Program-made: the position numbers and the translations under genes
The notes under the pieces: generated by a model
Told to the model about the DNA's origin: nothing
The model's database searches: none
What the model saw: only the letters and a program-made list of their open reading frames with translations
NCBI GenBank assembly: GCA_023248155.1
Contig: JAHFFE010000001.1
Location: 20,873 to 84,872, forward strand
Direction: 5' to 3'
DNA length: 64,000 bases
Origin: Candidatus Omnitrophota bacterium
Lineage (GTDB): Bacteria > Omnitrophota > Gorgyraeia > 1-14-0-20-64-10
Shown: piece after piece, positions 17,950 to 28,097 of the stretch
Layout: each line of letters opens with the position of its first letter
Position numbering within the stretch: position 1 is the stretch's first letter

Positions 17950-18315
17950 TTATAAATCTTCCACGACAAATTCCGGCTCCATGACCGGCGCGTATCGCGC
18001 GGGAACCGGCACCGGGAATGTGATAATCTCGTAAGCGCCAATCACCGAACGGGCCACCGCGAAACCGATGCCTTTGACAAATCCCCAGGTTAAGCCCGCA
18101 CCCGGTCCATCCGCTTTCCATGAATCGGACATCTGATTTGGAATCTCCAGCCAGCCAGTGGCCGCATTAGCGATTCCGCGAAATAGTTTATGGCCCATGC
18201 CAGATCCGGTTGTTTTTGGCTGAGTAACGACGGTTTCCTCCGCAAAACCAGCCGCTATCCCAACCATCAGAACCGCTATTATTCCCAACGCAACCATTCC
18301 TATGGTTTTACGCAT
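17950..18315 (-). CDS. TIGR04073-like ('exosortase system-associated') membrane protein
   Basis: Signal peptide; KLFRGIANAATGWLEIP...GFVKG....VAR...GAYEIITFP.P. Confidence 0.8.
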   Translation of the reverse strand: MRKTIGMVALGIIAVLMVGIAAGFAEETVVTQPKTTGSGMGHKLFRGIANAATGWLEIPNQMSDSWKADGPGAGLTWGFVKGIGFAVARSVIGAYEIITFPVPVPARYAPVMEPEFVVEDL

Positions 18316-18374
18316 GAGAAATCCTCCTTTTTTCTATTTCTAATTTTTTATCCAATCTTCTGTTGTCTGGTTGA

Positions 18375-18418
18375 ATTATAGGGAATGAAAATAACGGGTA
18401 AGTGACTTTGACGTGACA
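18375..18418 (-). promoter_or_regulatory. Triple half-site promoter C
   Basis: TGTCAC-N5-AGTCAC-N5-CGTTAT-N10-TATAAT. Confidence 0.7.
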
Positions 18419-18526
18419 GAATTGTAATTGAATGGACTGGAATCCTAAGATTTTTACACATTTTTCGGCAGAGATCAGGTAGACTTCATCTGCAAACCCA
18501 AATTCCACGCTTGGGGGAGGTGTTTG

Positions 18527-20968
18527 ATGGGGTTTTTTGCACTGCCGGAATTTCAAATGGCTCCGTACGCCGCTCCACCTGTTTTTGTTGGAATGGCCGG
18601 TTTCTTTTTAGCTGTTTTTGTCCTCTTGCGTGAACGCTTTTCCCGCGCCAGCCTTCTGTTTGCCGCCTCCTGTTTTAGCGTCATGCTCTGGCTGGTTTCC
18701 TATGCCGGAATCTACGGCAGCGCCAATGCCGCCGACGCGCTGGCCTGGGTACGCCTGGAGCATGTCGGCGTTTCATTCATTCCTGCGGCGCTGACGCTTC
18801 TGAGTTTCAGCATCACCGGGCAGTTCCACCGGTTTCGGATCTGGTGCGCAGCGATAGTATTCTTATCCGTCGGATTTTGCATGCTTGCGCTTTTTAGCGA
18901 CCTCTTTATCGACGGCTTAATCCGATACCCCTGGGGTTATTACAAACATTACGGCCCGATGGGGTTTCCGTTTCTTGTTTTTTTCTTCGGATCGCTGGTT
19001 TTATCGTTCGTCAATTACTGGACCGAACTTCACCGCACCGAATCAAAGCAGCGTAAAAAACGGCTGCGCTGGCTGCTGATCAGCCTCTCCATCGCCTATC
19101 TAGGCTCAATCGATTACCTGCCGGCCTACGGAATTCCGGTTTATCCTATTGGTTTTCTTCCGGCATTTATTTCAATGATCCTGCTGGCTCGGACCATCTG
19201 GCGCTATCGCCTGGTGGATATGGCTTCCGCGCTGGCCGCAGGACCGATCTTGCGAATGATGCCCTCGGCCTGCCTGGTCGTCGATGCGGAAGGGATCATT
19301 CAGATTGCCAACCCGTCGGCGCTGGCGATGTTCGGCTTTTCCGAAGAGGAGCTGATTGGGATGCCGCTGCGAAAATTGACAGAACTTCCCAAAGAAGCCC
19401 TTTCGCTGCCGGCAGCCGGGTCGCCGCCGCTGAGTTACGCTTCCGAATGGCAGCGGAAGCGGGGCGCGCCGATTGCCGTCAGCGTATCGGCCTGCAAGTT
19501 AACAATGGGCCGACAGAAATCGGTCGGCTCGATTTACATCGCGCTTGATATGACCGAACAGAAAAAAGCCCAGCAAGAATTGCGGGAAGCCCACGATCAG
19601 CTGGAAATCCGCGTGCAGGAACGGACAGCCGATCTGATGTCCGCCAACGAACGATTGAAGTCGGTGACGCGCGCGCTGCGCGACACCAGCGTCCGGTTAA
19701 AAACAATGGCGCTGCTGGATCCGCTGACCGAACTGCTCAATCGCCGGGGCCTTGAAGAAATTCTGGTCCGCGAAGCGGCCCGCGCGCGGCGAGAAGGCAC
19801 CCCGATGCTGGCAATCCTTGTCGATCTGGATGACTTCAAGAAAATCAACGACACGCTGGGCCACGCGGTGGGCGATCTGGTGCTGAAAGAAACGGCGCGC
19901 TGCCTGAAAACATCGCTGCGCGGAACCGATCAGGCCGGCCGGATCGGCGGCGATGAATTCATGGTGTTGCTTCCGCAGACACGCGCCGCGGAAGGCGTTC
20001 AGGTGGCCGAAAAACTGCGTCTGGCCATCGCGCAAACGGCCATTGTTCTTTCGGAAAAAGAAACGGTGCGGGTCACCGGCAGCTTGGGCTTGATTAACGT
20101 GGGAACCCAGATGGCCTCCATTGATAAACTGCTGGCCGATGCGCATCGGGCTCTTTACCAAAGCAAATTCTCAGGAAAAAATCAGGTCACTTTCGATGAA
20201 GATCCCGGGTCGCCGGAACGGCCCCGGCCCGACCGTCTGGATGAGACGCTGCGCGAACTGTGCCGCGACGACCGTTACGTTGCGCTTGCGCAGCCGATCC
20301 TGCGCTTAAGCGACCGGCGTGAAATAGGCGTGGAGATGCTCTGCCGCTCTACAGTCGCTTCGTTCGAAATGCCTGATGATTTTTTCCGGCTCTGCATGGA
20401 AGCCAAGGCATTGACGCTCGTGGACCATATTTGTCTGAAAAAATGTTTGGAGGCAGCCCATCAACTGCGGCCGGAGCTGTGGTGCCATATCAACCTGTTT
20501 CCGTCGACGATCGCCAACACGCCGCTGACGCAGCTGCTGGACCTGTTTCATCAGATTCGCCCAGACAACCGGTTCTGCGTGGAAATCAGCGAGCAACAGA
20601 TTATCGGAGATCCTTCGTATTTAAAAAAACCGGTGGAAGCCTTGCGGCGGGCCGGAATCCGCGTGGCGATGGATGATGTCGGGTTTGGCCGCAGCTGTTT
20701 GGAAAGCCTGATCTTGCTGGAGCCTGACATCATTAAAATCGACAAACGGTGCGTTCAAGGAATCGATAAGGACGGTTGGATGGAGCGGTCCATCAAACGG
20801 ATGGGCAGCATCGCGCAGAGTCTGGGAACAGAGGTAATCGCCGAAGGGATTGAATCATCGGAGGAATTAGCCTGCATCAAAGCGGCCGGACTCCATTACG
20901 GACAAGGGTTCCTGCTGGGCAAGCCGGTCCCGCTCAAAAAAGCGGCGGTTCTATCCTCCCTCAAGTAA
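18527..20968 (+). CDS. 7TM-PAS-GGDEF-EAL diguanylate cyclase/phosphodiesterase
   Basis: HisKA_7TM-like N-terminus, PAS, DPLTELLNRR, GGDEF, EML, DDVGFG, AEGIE. Confidence 0.92.
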   Translation: MGFFALPEFQMAPYAAPPVFVGMAGFFLAVFVLLRERFSRASLLFAASCFSVMLWLVSYAGIYGSANAADALAWVRLEHVGVSFIPAALTLLSFSITGQFHRFRIWCAAIVFLSVGFCMLALFSDLFIDGLIRYPWGYYKHYGPMGFPFLVFFFGSLVLSFVNYWTELHRTESKQRKKRLRWLLISLSIAYLGSIDYLPAYGIPVYPIGFLPAFISMILLARTIWRYRLVDMASALAAGPILRMMPSACLVVDAEGIIQIANPSALAMFGFSEEELIGMPLRKLTELPKEALSLPAAGSPPLSYASEWQRKRGAPIAVSVSACKLTMGRQKSVGSIYIALDMTEQKKAQQELREAHDQLEIRVQERTADLMSANERLKSVTRALRDTSVRLKTMALLDPLTELLNRRGLEEILVREAARARREGTPMLAILVDLDDFKKINDTLGHAVGDLVLKETARCLKTSLRGTDQAGRIGGDEFMVLLPQTRAAEGVQVAEKLRLAIAQTAIVLSEKETVRVTGSLGLINVGTQMASIDKLLADAHRALYQSKFSGKNQVTFDEDPGSPERPRPDRLDETLRELCRDDRYVALAQPILRLSDRREIGVEMLCRSTVASFEMPDDFFRLCMEAKALTLVDHICLKKCLEAAHQLRPELWCHINLFPSTIANTPLTQLLDLFHQIRPDNRFCVEISEQQIIGDPSYLKKPVEALRRAGIRVAMDDVGFGRSCLESLILLEPDIIKIDKRCVQGIDKDGWMERSIKRMGSIAQSLGTEVIAEGIESSEELACIKAAGLHYGQGFLLGKPVPLKKAAVLSSLK

Positions 20969-21643
20969 GCGCAGCAGCAGCATCACCACCATTCCAATAA
21001 TCACCAGCGCGACCACCTTCCAATTGAAAGTCCGGTGCGCCTCCGGCAGCAGGTCCGCCGCCCCGATATAAATAAAATCTCCGGCGATAAATGCCAGCAT
21101 TTTTTGCTGGAATCCATCCGGAATCGCTCCGGCCGCCAGCGCGCCGATTGGATACAACAGGCTGGCAGCGGCCAACACCCAAAGCATCGTCGACTGTTTC
21201 CACCCGGCCTCTTTCATGATCAGCGCTGAAGTGATCCCCTGTGGAATTTCATGCAGCACCACGGCAATCGCAATCGACGCGCCCAGCCAGGGATTGACCT
21301 GGTAGCCAACGACGATTCCCGCCCCATCCACGACATTATCCATCGCCATGCCGAGCACGGCCACCGGCCCAATCCGATGCGTGTGGCATTCGTCCTCACC
21401 GCAAGCGTGGATCATCATGAATTTCTCCAGCAGATAGAAGACCATGAACCCCAGCGTCACATACAGCGAGTTGGATTTCACATCGGCCTCGGGGAGCACA
21501 TGGAAAAATGCAGCTGCCAGCAGCATGCCGGCCGCCAGCGCGATGATGTAGCGCGGCTGTATTTTGGTGGTCCAGCCCCGCAACGCCAGCCATCCGGCAA
21601 TCAGGTCGAATGACCCGGCGATCAACGCGTAAAGATGCCCCAT
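20951..21643 (-). CDS. ZIP-family metal transporter
   Basis: AAGMLLAAAFFHVLPEA, HEIPQG, YIGAADLLPE. Confidence 0.9.
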   Translation of the reverse strand: MGHLYALIAGSFDLIAGWLALRGWTTKIQPRYIIALAAGMLLAAAFFHVLPEADVKSNSLYVTLGFMVFYLLEKFMMIHACGEDECHTHRIGPVAVLGMAMDNVVDGAGIVVGYQVNPWLGASIAIAVVLHEIPQGITSALIMKEAGWKQSTMLWVLAAASLLYPIGALAAGAIPDGFQQKMLAFIAGDFIYIGAADLLPEAHRTFNWKVVALVIIGMVVMLLLRLLEGG

Positions 21644-21644
21644 G

Positions 21645-22172
21645 TTAGTGCGGTTTTTCGCCGTAAAGTTTCAGCGCGACAGAGTTGATGCAGTACCGTT
21701 TCCCGGTCGGCGGCGGGCCGTCGTCAAAGACATGGCCCAGATGCGCGCCGCAGCGGGCGCAGAGCACTTCGACGCGGCGCATGCCGAAACTGGAATCGTC
21801 CTTGCTTTTCACGTTCAGCGGCGAGACCGGGTCCCAAAAACTGGGCCAGCCGGTGCCCGACTCAAATTTCTCGCCGACGGCGAAAAGGTCGGTGCCGCAG
21901 CCGACGCATTGATAAATTCCCTTGCCGGAAGCCGGAATCGCGCAAACATTGGAAAACGGCTGTTCGGTTCCTTTGCGGCGGGTCACTTCGTACTGTTCAG
22001 GCGTCAGCTGTTTTTTCCATTCGGCGTCCGATTTGATCACCGGCGCCATCTGTTCCGTTTTGCCGGTCCGCGCGTTGTAAATTTCAATCGTTTCCGTCAT
22101 TTTTGTTTTCGCACCCAGAAAGATTCCGGTGGCTCCCAGTAATATGAGGGTTGCAATCGTCTGTTTTTTCAT
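21645..22172 (-). CDS. msrB: Peptide-methionine (R)-S-oxide reductase, probably exported
   Basis: [27 protein letters not shown]; N-terminal signal. Confidence 0.95.
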   Translation of the reverse strand: MKKQTIATLILLGATGIFLGAKTKMTETIEIYNARTGKTEQMAPVIKSDAEWKKQLTPEQYEVTRRKGTEQPFSNVCAIPASGKGIYQCVGCGTDLFAVGEKFESGTGWPSFWDPVSPLNVKSKDDSSFGMRRVEVLCARCGAHLGHVFDDGPPPTGKRYCINSVALKLYGEKPH

Positions 22173-22228
22173 TCCAGCCTTTCCATTGCTATTGCCATTA
22201 GTGTACCAAAGCGCGGTAAAATAATCTT

Positions 22229-23668
22229 ATGCGAAAAACACGAATTGTCGCCACGGTCGGACCGGCCTGCGCAAAAGAATCCTCACTGAAAAACCTGCTG
22301 ATTGCGGGCGCCGATATTCTGCGAATCAACGCATCGCACACGACACCGGCCCGTCTGGCCGAATGGATTCATTTCATCCGCCGCGTTTCGGCATCTCTGA
22401 ACAAAACCGTTGGTATCTTAGTCGATCTGCAGGGCCCGCGCGTCCGGACCGGCGCGCTGCGCGGCGCAGACCGGATTTTGCTGAAAAAAGGGGATGAGCT
22501 CTCGATCATCGCCGGCGCCAAAGAAAATTCCGGCACAGCGATTGCCACGCCCTGCCGCGAATTTGCCGGCATGGTCAAAAAAGGCGACCCGATCCTGATC
22601 GACAACGGGCTGCTGGAACTTCAGGTGCTTTCCGTCGAGAAACAGCGCGTCCGCTGCCGTGTTCTGCGCGGCGGAACACTGGGCGCCAATAAAGGGATCA
22701 ACCTGCCGCATGCGCCGGTCACGCTGCCGCCGATGACGGCCAAGGACCTGGCCGATCTGGAAGTGGCCGCCCGGCTGGAGGTTGATTTTATCGCGCTCTC
22801 GTTCGTGCGCAGCGAAGCGGACCTGGAAGCGCTTAAAAAATGGCTGGCGCGCCGCGGCAAAGAAATCCCGGTCATCGCTAAAATCGAAAAGCCTTCGGCC
22901 GTCAAACGGATCAAGCAGATTTTGGCCGTCGCCGACGGGATCATGGTGGCACGCGGCGATTTGGGCATCGAAATGGGCGTGGAGAAAATTCCGGCCGTGC
23001 AGAAACAATTAATCGCGCGGGCGCATCGGGCGCAGCTGCCGGTCATTACGGCCACGCAGATGCTGGAAACAATGATGGAAAGCTCCCGCCCCACGCGCGC
23101 CGAGGTATCCGATGTGGCCAATGCCGTCTTCGACGGAACGGATGCCGTGATGCTCTCCGGGGAAACATCGATCGGTAAATACCCGATTCCGGCTGTACGA
23201 ACGATGGCCACGATCATCCGTGAAGCGGAACGGCACAGCCGGCGGCCTTCGCACGAACACGCGGCCGAACTCGCATCGAAAAAAGATCTGTCGCCGGTTT
23301 ACGCCATCACGCAGGCCGCGCTGGAAGCGGCCGAACATTCCAAGGCGCGCGCCATTGTTGTCTTTACGCGTTCCGGAAAAACCGCACGGCTCATTTCAAT
23401 TCTCAGCCCCGCCTGCCCGATCATCATCATGACGGCGTCGGAACGAATCAACCGGCAGCTGACGCTGCTCAAAGGGGTGATTCCTCTGCGGATGAAGCAG
23501 TCGGCTAACACCGACGAAATGATCCGCACCGCCGACGCAACGATTCTGAAAGCGGGTCTGCTCAAGAAAGGGGATGGGGTGGTTGTCGTTTCAGGAAAAC
23601 AGGCGCTTCCGGCCGCCCGCTACATGGCAAAGATCCACTCGATCGGCGAGCGGTTCCTGGGGCGGTAA
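22229..23668 (+). CDS. pyk: Pyruvate kinase
   Basis: RKTRIVATVGPA, IAKIEK, MVARGDLG, ATQMLETM, MLSGETS. Confidence 0.97.
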   Translation: MRKTRIVATVGPACAKESSLKNLLIAGADILRINASHTTPARLAEWIHFIRRVSASLNKTVGILVDLQGPRVRTGALRGADRILLKKGDELSIIAGAKENSGTAIATPCREFAGMVKKGDPILIDNGLLELQVLSVEKQRVRCRVLRGGTLGANKGINLPHAPVTLPPMTAKDLADLEVAARLEVDFIALSFVRSEADLEALKKWLARRGKEIPVIAKIEKPSAVKRIKQILAVADGIMVARGDLGIEMGVEKIPAVQKQLIARAHRAQLPVITATQMLETMMESSRPTRAEVSDVANAVFDGTDAVMLSGETSIGKYPIPAVRTMATIIREAERHSRRPSHEHAAELASKKDLSPVYAITQAALEAAEHSKARAIVVFTRSGKTARLISILSPACPIIIMTASERINRQLTLLKGVIPLRMKQSANTDEMIRTADATILKAGLLKKGDGVVVVSGKQALPAARYMAKIHSIGERFLGR

Positions 23669-23685
23669 ACGGCAGGTTTTGTTTC

Positions 23686-24675
23686 TTAAACTGCGCGGTT
23701 AAAAATCCAGCTGAACGGCTTTTTCTTCGCCTGGGCCATTAACTGCGCTTCACTCCGTTCGGCCAGTCCTCGGTAACGCTGCGCCAATCCGCCAAGATAA
23801 TCCTGGGCTTTCGCCGCATCACCGGTCAATCCGGAAAGTTCGGTGATTTTCCAATAGCCGACCAGGTGATCAATGATATCGGCGTAATCGCGGACCGTGT
23901 AAACGCCGATCCGCTGTGCCACGACGGCAAACTGTTGATACAAATCTTCCGGTCCGCCGTCACTCATTAAACGGGCCGGCATCGTCACGGTATTTTTCAT
24001 CATCTGCGCGAATGCGAGTACACCATCGGCAGGATCTAACTCAATGATTTTTCCGGCAAACCGTTTGTAGGCCTCTTCGTGCCGCGATTCATCGCCGGTA
24101 ACCAGTGCGCAGATTTTTCCCAGCGTCGGATCACCGATCTGATTGGCCAGCCGCGCCGTATTGCCGTGCGAAATCTTGGTGGCCCGCTCCTGGAAAGAGG
24201 TGTAGATCATTCCGTAATAAGGATCATTGCCGGTTTTTGGGTCGAAACCATTGGCAAGCAAATAGTGTGTCGTGGTTTCGAACGCCCGCATATCGATCCG
24301 TCCGGACAAATAAAGATACTTATTCAAAATCTCGCCGTGCCGGTTTTCTTCAGCGGTCCAGCCGCGGCTCCAGCGCGCCCAGGGGCTGTCGGAAGCGCCG
24401 GTCATATCTTCAATGCCGGGATGCCGGTTCAGCATCGTCTGATAGCTGGGAAGCGCTTCTTCGGTGACCGTATTGCCTACCAGCACGATCAACAGATCAT
24501 CGGGAACGGCCCGCGCCTGCTCGCGCAAAGCTTGAATTTGCTCGTTCCAGCCATCCGAGGTCATGTCGGGCAAGATATCGGATGGCTGCCAGCTGTCAGA
24601 AACGGTTTTCAATAGTGACAGGTTTTCTTCAACGAACCCTTCCATGTTTTTAACGACCTCTGCATGCGATGACAT
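23686..24675 (-). CDS. Soluble acyl-ACP desaturase (diiron)
   Basis: WQPSD.LP, TEEALPSY, WTAEENRHG, SFQERAT.ISH, DESRHE. Confidence 0.93.
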   Translation of the reverse strand: MSSHAEVVKNMEGFVEENLSLLKTVSDSWQPSDILPDMTSDGWNEQIQALREQARAVPDDLLIVLVGNTVTEEALPSYQTMLNRHPGIEDMTGASDSPWARWSRGWTAEENRHGEILNKYLYLSGRIDMRAFETTTHYLLANGFDPKTGNDPYYGMIYTSFQERATKISHGNTARLANQIGDPTLGKICALVTGDESRHEEAYKRFAGKIIELDPADGVLAFAQMMKNTVTMPARLMSDGGPEDLYQQFAVVAQRIGVYTVRDYADIIDHLVGYWKITELSGLTGDAAKAQDYLGGLAQRYRGLAERSEAQLMAQAKKKPFSWIFNRAV

Positions 24676-24805
24676 GGCTATTATTATAGGGGAAAGATTG
24701 CCGCACGGAGGGGTTATTTGGAGGTATACTTATTACGGCGGGGTTAAACAACGGTTCAATAATCCCCGCCTAATGAGGTGAACGATGAAGTACGGCAGTA
24801 ACTAG

Positions 24806-24840
24806 ACGGGCGGGTGCTTACTCCGGAATACCCCGCCCGT
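24806..24840. terminator. GC-rich hairpin after the MFS gene
   Basis: ACGGGCGGG...CCCGCCCGT immediately past the MFS stop. Confidence 0.55.
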
Positions 24841-26145
24841 TTAGTATTTTTGGATCCCCGCGGGCAGCTCCGGAATAATTCCCATCTTCGCGTAAATCGG
24901 CCGAATGATCTGGCGCAGCGTCGGCAGCTGCCGCACAAAAACCAGCGCGCCCAGAACGCAGCCGCTGCCGGCTAATAAAAGCGCCGTTGAGATGCCGGCG
25001 TGATCGGCGACAAACCCGGTCAGTAAACTTCCCCACGGCATCATGCCCATGAACGCCATGGTGTACAGGCTCATCACGCGGCCGCGCTTGTCGTCATCCA
25101 CCAATGTTTGCAATACGGTATTCGCGGCAGCCAGCTGAACGATCATTGAAAATCCGGCCGCGGCCAGCAGCACCAGCGCCAGCCAGAACGGGCGCGCCAC
25201 CGCGAACCCGATCAACGCCGCTCCAAATAAAACCGAGGCCGCGGCAATCAGCCGGACCAATCCGCGCACGTTCCGGCGCGACGCCAGAAAAATCGCGCCG
25301 GCCAGCGAACCAACGCCCGACGCGCTCATTAAAAACCCCAGCGTGTGCGGGCCGCCGTGAAAAACATCGCGCGCGGCCATCGGCATTAAAACCGCGTACG
25401 GCAAACCCACTAAGCTGACGAACGCCACCAGAAGCAAGATCGACCGGATCGGCACGAATTTAACGGCATACGAAACGCCTTCCATCATTCCTTTGATCAA
25501 TCCGGTTTTGGAAGCAGCCGTTTTGGGACCCAGATTCCGCATCGCCAGCAGCGTCCAGATGACAGCGATGTAACTGACGCCGTCGATCAGAAAACAGGTC
25601 CCCTCGCCGCCGGCAGCGATCACAAATCCGGCGATGGCCGGACCGATCAGCCGCGCGCCGTTGAACATTGATGAATTCAACGCGATCGCGTTGCTTAAAT
25701 CGTTCCGGTGGTCAATCATCTGCACCACGAACGCCTGCCGCGCCGGAACATCAAATGCATTAACCAATCCCTGCAGAACGCTCAAGCAGGCTATCTGCGT
25801 GACGGTAATCCGGCCGGAGATCGCCAAAAAGGCCAGCGTCAGCGACTGCACCATTGAAATGATCTGCGTGGTAATTAAAATACGGCGGCAATCGTTGCGG
25901 TCGCTCCAAAGCCCGCCCAGCGGAGCCAGAAGAAACGTGGCAATCTGTCCGGTAAACCCCACGATTCCCAGCCAAAGCGCGGAACCGGTTAAGCGGTAGA
26001 CCAGCCAGCCGGTCGCCACCTGCGTCATCCAGGTACCGGTCAACGAAATGCTCTGCCCGAAAAAAAAGAGCCGGTAGTTGCGGTATTTGAGCGCGCGCCC
26101 AATCACGCCCAGTTTTATCAAATTAAGAAAACCGGGCTTTCTCAA
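24841..26145 (-). CDS. MFS transporter (MFS_3 type)
   Basis: RNYRLFFFGQSISLTGTWM, DVPARQAF, ARLIGPAIAG, RGRVMSLY. Confidence 0.93.
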   Translation of the reverse strand: MRKPGFLNLIKLGVIGRALKYRNYRLFFFGQSISLTGTWMTQVATGWLVYRLTGSALWLGIVGFTGQIATFLLAPLGGLWSDRNDCRRILITTQIISMVQSLTLAFLAISGRITVTQIACLSVLQGLVNAFDVPARQAFVVQMIDHRNDLSNAIALNSSMFNGARLIGPAIAGFVIAAGGEGTCFLIDGVSYIAVIWTLLAMRNLGPKTAASKTGLIKGMMEGVSYAVKFVPIRSILLLVAFVSLVGLPYAVLMPMAARDVFHGGPHTLGFLMSASGVGSLAGAIFLASRRNVRGLVRLIAAASVLFGAALIGFAVARPFWLALVLLAAAGFSMIVQLAAANTVLQTLVDDDKRGRVMSLYTMAFMGMMPWGSLLTGFVADHAGISTALLLAGSGCVLGALVFVRQLPTLRQIIRPIYAKMGIIPELPAGIQKY

Positions 26146-26797
26146 TCCGGTTCAAGCTTTCTTGTTTATGGATTCGTTCGTCCAGTCCGATGCGGCGAAA
26201 CAAATCGGCCAGCGATGGATAACAACCGTACTCCTGCTCAAAATCGCTGATGAACGGTTCCTTTTCAAACGCCGGATTTTCCTCGACCAGCAGCATATAT
26301 TCGTGTTCGGCATGGTCTTCAAAATCCGCGTTAAGCCCATAGCTCCAAGACGGCCGGATCACATAAAGCAGCCAGCTGATCTGATAATAAACGAACGCGA
26401 TGATTTGCGGAACAACGCGGTAGAGCAGAAAATTTTCGGAAATCTCCCTGCGCTGGACCAGTTCTTCCAGAATGAGCAGGTGCCATTGTTCATTGTCCTG
26501 CTGGGCGCGCGCTTCTTTGATGAATTCGAAGATGCGGCGGGCAAAATTGGGCATGCTGTAGGTGTGCGTCATCGCAATGTAAGCGACATGTTCCCAAGAC
26601 TGGTAAGGAACGCGGGCGATCAGCTCCAGAACCTTGAATTTCGAGAGTGTGCGCTCGCGGCCGTAAAAAAGATCCATCGTGATGAACAACAGGCGGGCCG
26701 GCAGTCCGTAATTGCGGCGCGGCGCCGCCAGCGTGGCGCGCTGTTCGGCTCTTAGAAGTGCGGGGTCTCTTACGAAAAATGCGTCGGGCGGTTCCAT
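26123..26797 (-). CDS. Alternative oxidase (AOX/PTOX)-like diiron protein
   Basis: LELIARVP, DNEQWHL, FEDHAEHEY and DERIH match the AOX ligand spacing. Confidence 0.82.
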   Translation of the reverse strand: MEPPDAFFVRDPALLRAEQRATLAAPRRNYGLPARLLFITMDLFYGRERTLSKFKVLELIARVPYQSWEHVAYIAMTHTYSMPNFARRIFEFIKEARAQQDNEQWHLLILEELVQRREISENFLLYRVVPQIIAFVYYQISWLLYVIRPSWSYGLNADFEDHAEHEYMLLVEENPAFEKEPFISDFEQEYGCYPSLADLFRRIGLDERIHKQESLNRIEKARFS

Positions 26798-26807
26798 CTG
26801 TTTTTGT

Positions 26808-27347
26808 CTACCGGATACGCGAGCGTCCCAGGCCGAATAGATCGTTCGATTCCTGGTCACGCGGCAATTCGACGGAAAGTTCAAGCGCCTGTCCGCGCTT
26901 TGATACCGAGGCGCGCGTCGCCACCGGCAGATAAACCACGGCGATCACCTTGCCGCGGAGCCAAACCGCGTGCGGCGCCAAATGAAGCCGGCGCAGTTCC
27001 GGCCAATAGGGGTTCAATTCGGAAATCGGCAGCGGCCGCGGTCCGCCGACAATAAATTCAAGGCGGTGATCCCCGTTTTTACGTCGGATCGGGTTGAGCG
27101 TCCAGCCGATATCGGCCGCCGCTTTCGGAACGACCACCACCGCGTCAATCCAGCTGCTGGTTCGGGGCGAGACTGACCGGCGCAACAGCAAGCGCGCGGT
27201 ATCTTCACCGCGCTGAATTCGATACTGCAATGACGGTTCAGTGCTGGAGCGCTGAATCCAGGCGCCCTCCGATTCATAAGCAAAAACCGGCTGCGCCATT
27301 CCAAAAACAGACAGCATGAAAAATAGTATCGGCCACCGCTTTGCCAT
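26808..27347 (-). CDS. Secreted hypothetical protein
   Basis: Signal peptide VFA; GGAGGG RBS; upstream TG-G-TACAAT. Confidence 0.7.
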   Translation of the reverse strand: MAKRWPILFFMLSVFGMAQPVFAYESEGAWIQRSSTEPSLQYRIQRGEDTARLLLRRSVSPRTSSWIDAVVVVPKAAADIGWTLNPIRRKNGDHRLEFIVGGPRPLPISELNPYWPELRRLHLAPHAVWLRGKVIAVVYLPVATRASVSKRGQALELSVELPRDQESNDLFGLGRSRIR

Positions 27348-27501
27348 CAGAAACCCTCCACTGTCTTTTATTGTACCACCCGCAAATTAAGGCCAAAAAC
27401 AGACTTTGTGCTTTTGTGCAAACGGACAATCCCTCTTCCCTTTTTGCCTATGCAAAAGCGATACTTCTATTAGGCAGACAAAGAAACAACCGGAGGACGC
27501 T

Positions 27502-27879
27502 ATGAATATGAAGAAGATTCTGATCATAGACGATGATGCGGAAGTCGGCCAGGTCACCGGTGAGAGCCTGGTAGCCACCGGCCATTATTATGTGCGCGTG
27601 GCCACGCGCGGCGACCAGGGATTACAGCTTTCCCGCCAGTATCATCCGGACTTAATTCTGCTCGACATCGCCATGCCCGGCATGGACGGGTTGTTGGTTC
27701 TGAAAAAATTAAAAGAACGGCTGGACACCATGTCGATTCCGGTCCTAATGCTCAGCGGGAAAACAGACAACGATTCGAAACAGCAGGCCGCCCAGCTTTA
27801 TGATGACGGCTATATTGAAAAACCGGTATTGGTCCAGGATTTAATCGCACGAATCGATAAAGCGATGGCCGGCCGATAA
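27502..27879 (+). CDS. Single-domain response regulator
   Basis: ILIIDDD, LDIAMPGMDG, YIEKP; GGAGG RBS. Confidence 0.9.
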   Translation: MNMKKILIIDDDAEVGQVTGESLVATGHYYVRVATRGDQGLQLSRQYHPDLILLDIAMPGMDGLLVLKKLKERLDTMSIPVLMLSGKTDNDSKQQAAQLYDDGYIEKPVLVQDLIARIDKAMAGR

Positions 27880-27982
27880 AATCAGCGACTCCACTGCAAC
27901 TAATTATTTTCCCGCGGATAAAATCTTTTCCACATAAAAAGAAAATCTGTCTTATACTGAATGACAAAGGAGGGCATTGTCC

Positions 27983-28051
27983 ATGGTAAAGAAAAAAGCT
28001 GCTAAGAAGAAGACGGTTGCCAAGAAAAAGAAGGCTGGCAAGAAGCGTTAG
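27983..28051 (+). CDS. 22-aa lysine-rich micro-protein
   Basis: AAGGAGGG RBS; MVKKKAAKKKTVAKKKKAGKKR; TATACT upstream and a terminator downstream. Confidence 0.72.
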   Translation: MVKKKAAKKKTVAKKKKAGKKR

Positions 28052-28062
28052 TTCTTTAGGGC

Positions 28063-28097
28063 AAAAAGGCGGAAGGAAAATTCCTTCCGCCTTTTTT
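28063..28097. terminator. Bidirectional intrinsic terminator
   Basis: AAAAAGGCGGAAGGAA-AA-TTCCTTCCGCCTTTTTT. Confidence 0.88.

Noticed and set aside
27372-27420. Seventh triple-box promoter upstream of 27347
   Set aside because: Only one half-site (CTTAAT-N10-TACAAT) fits; the two upstream positions do not.
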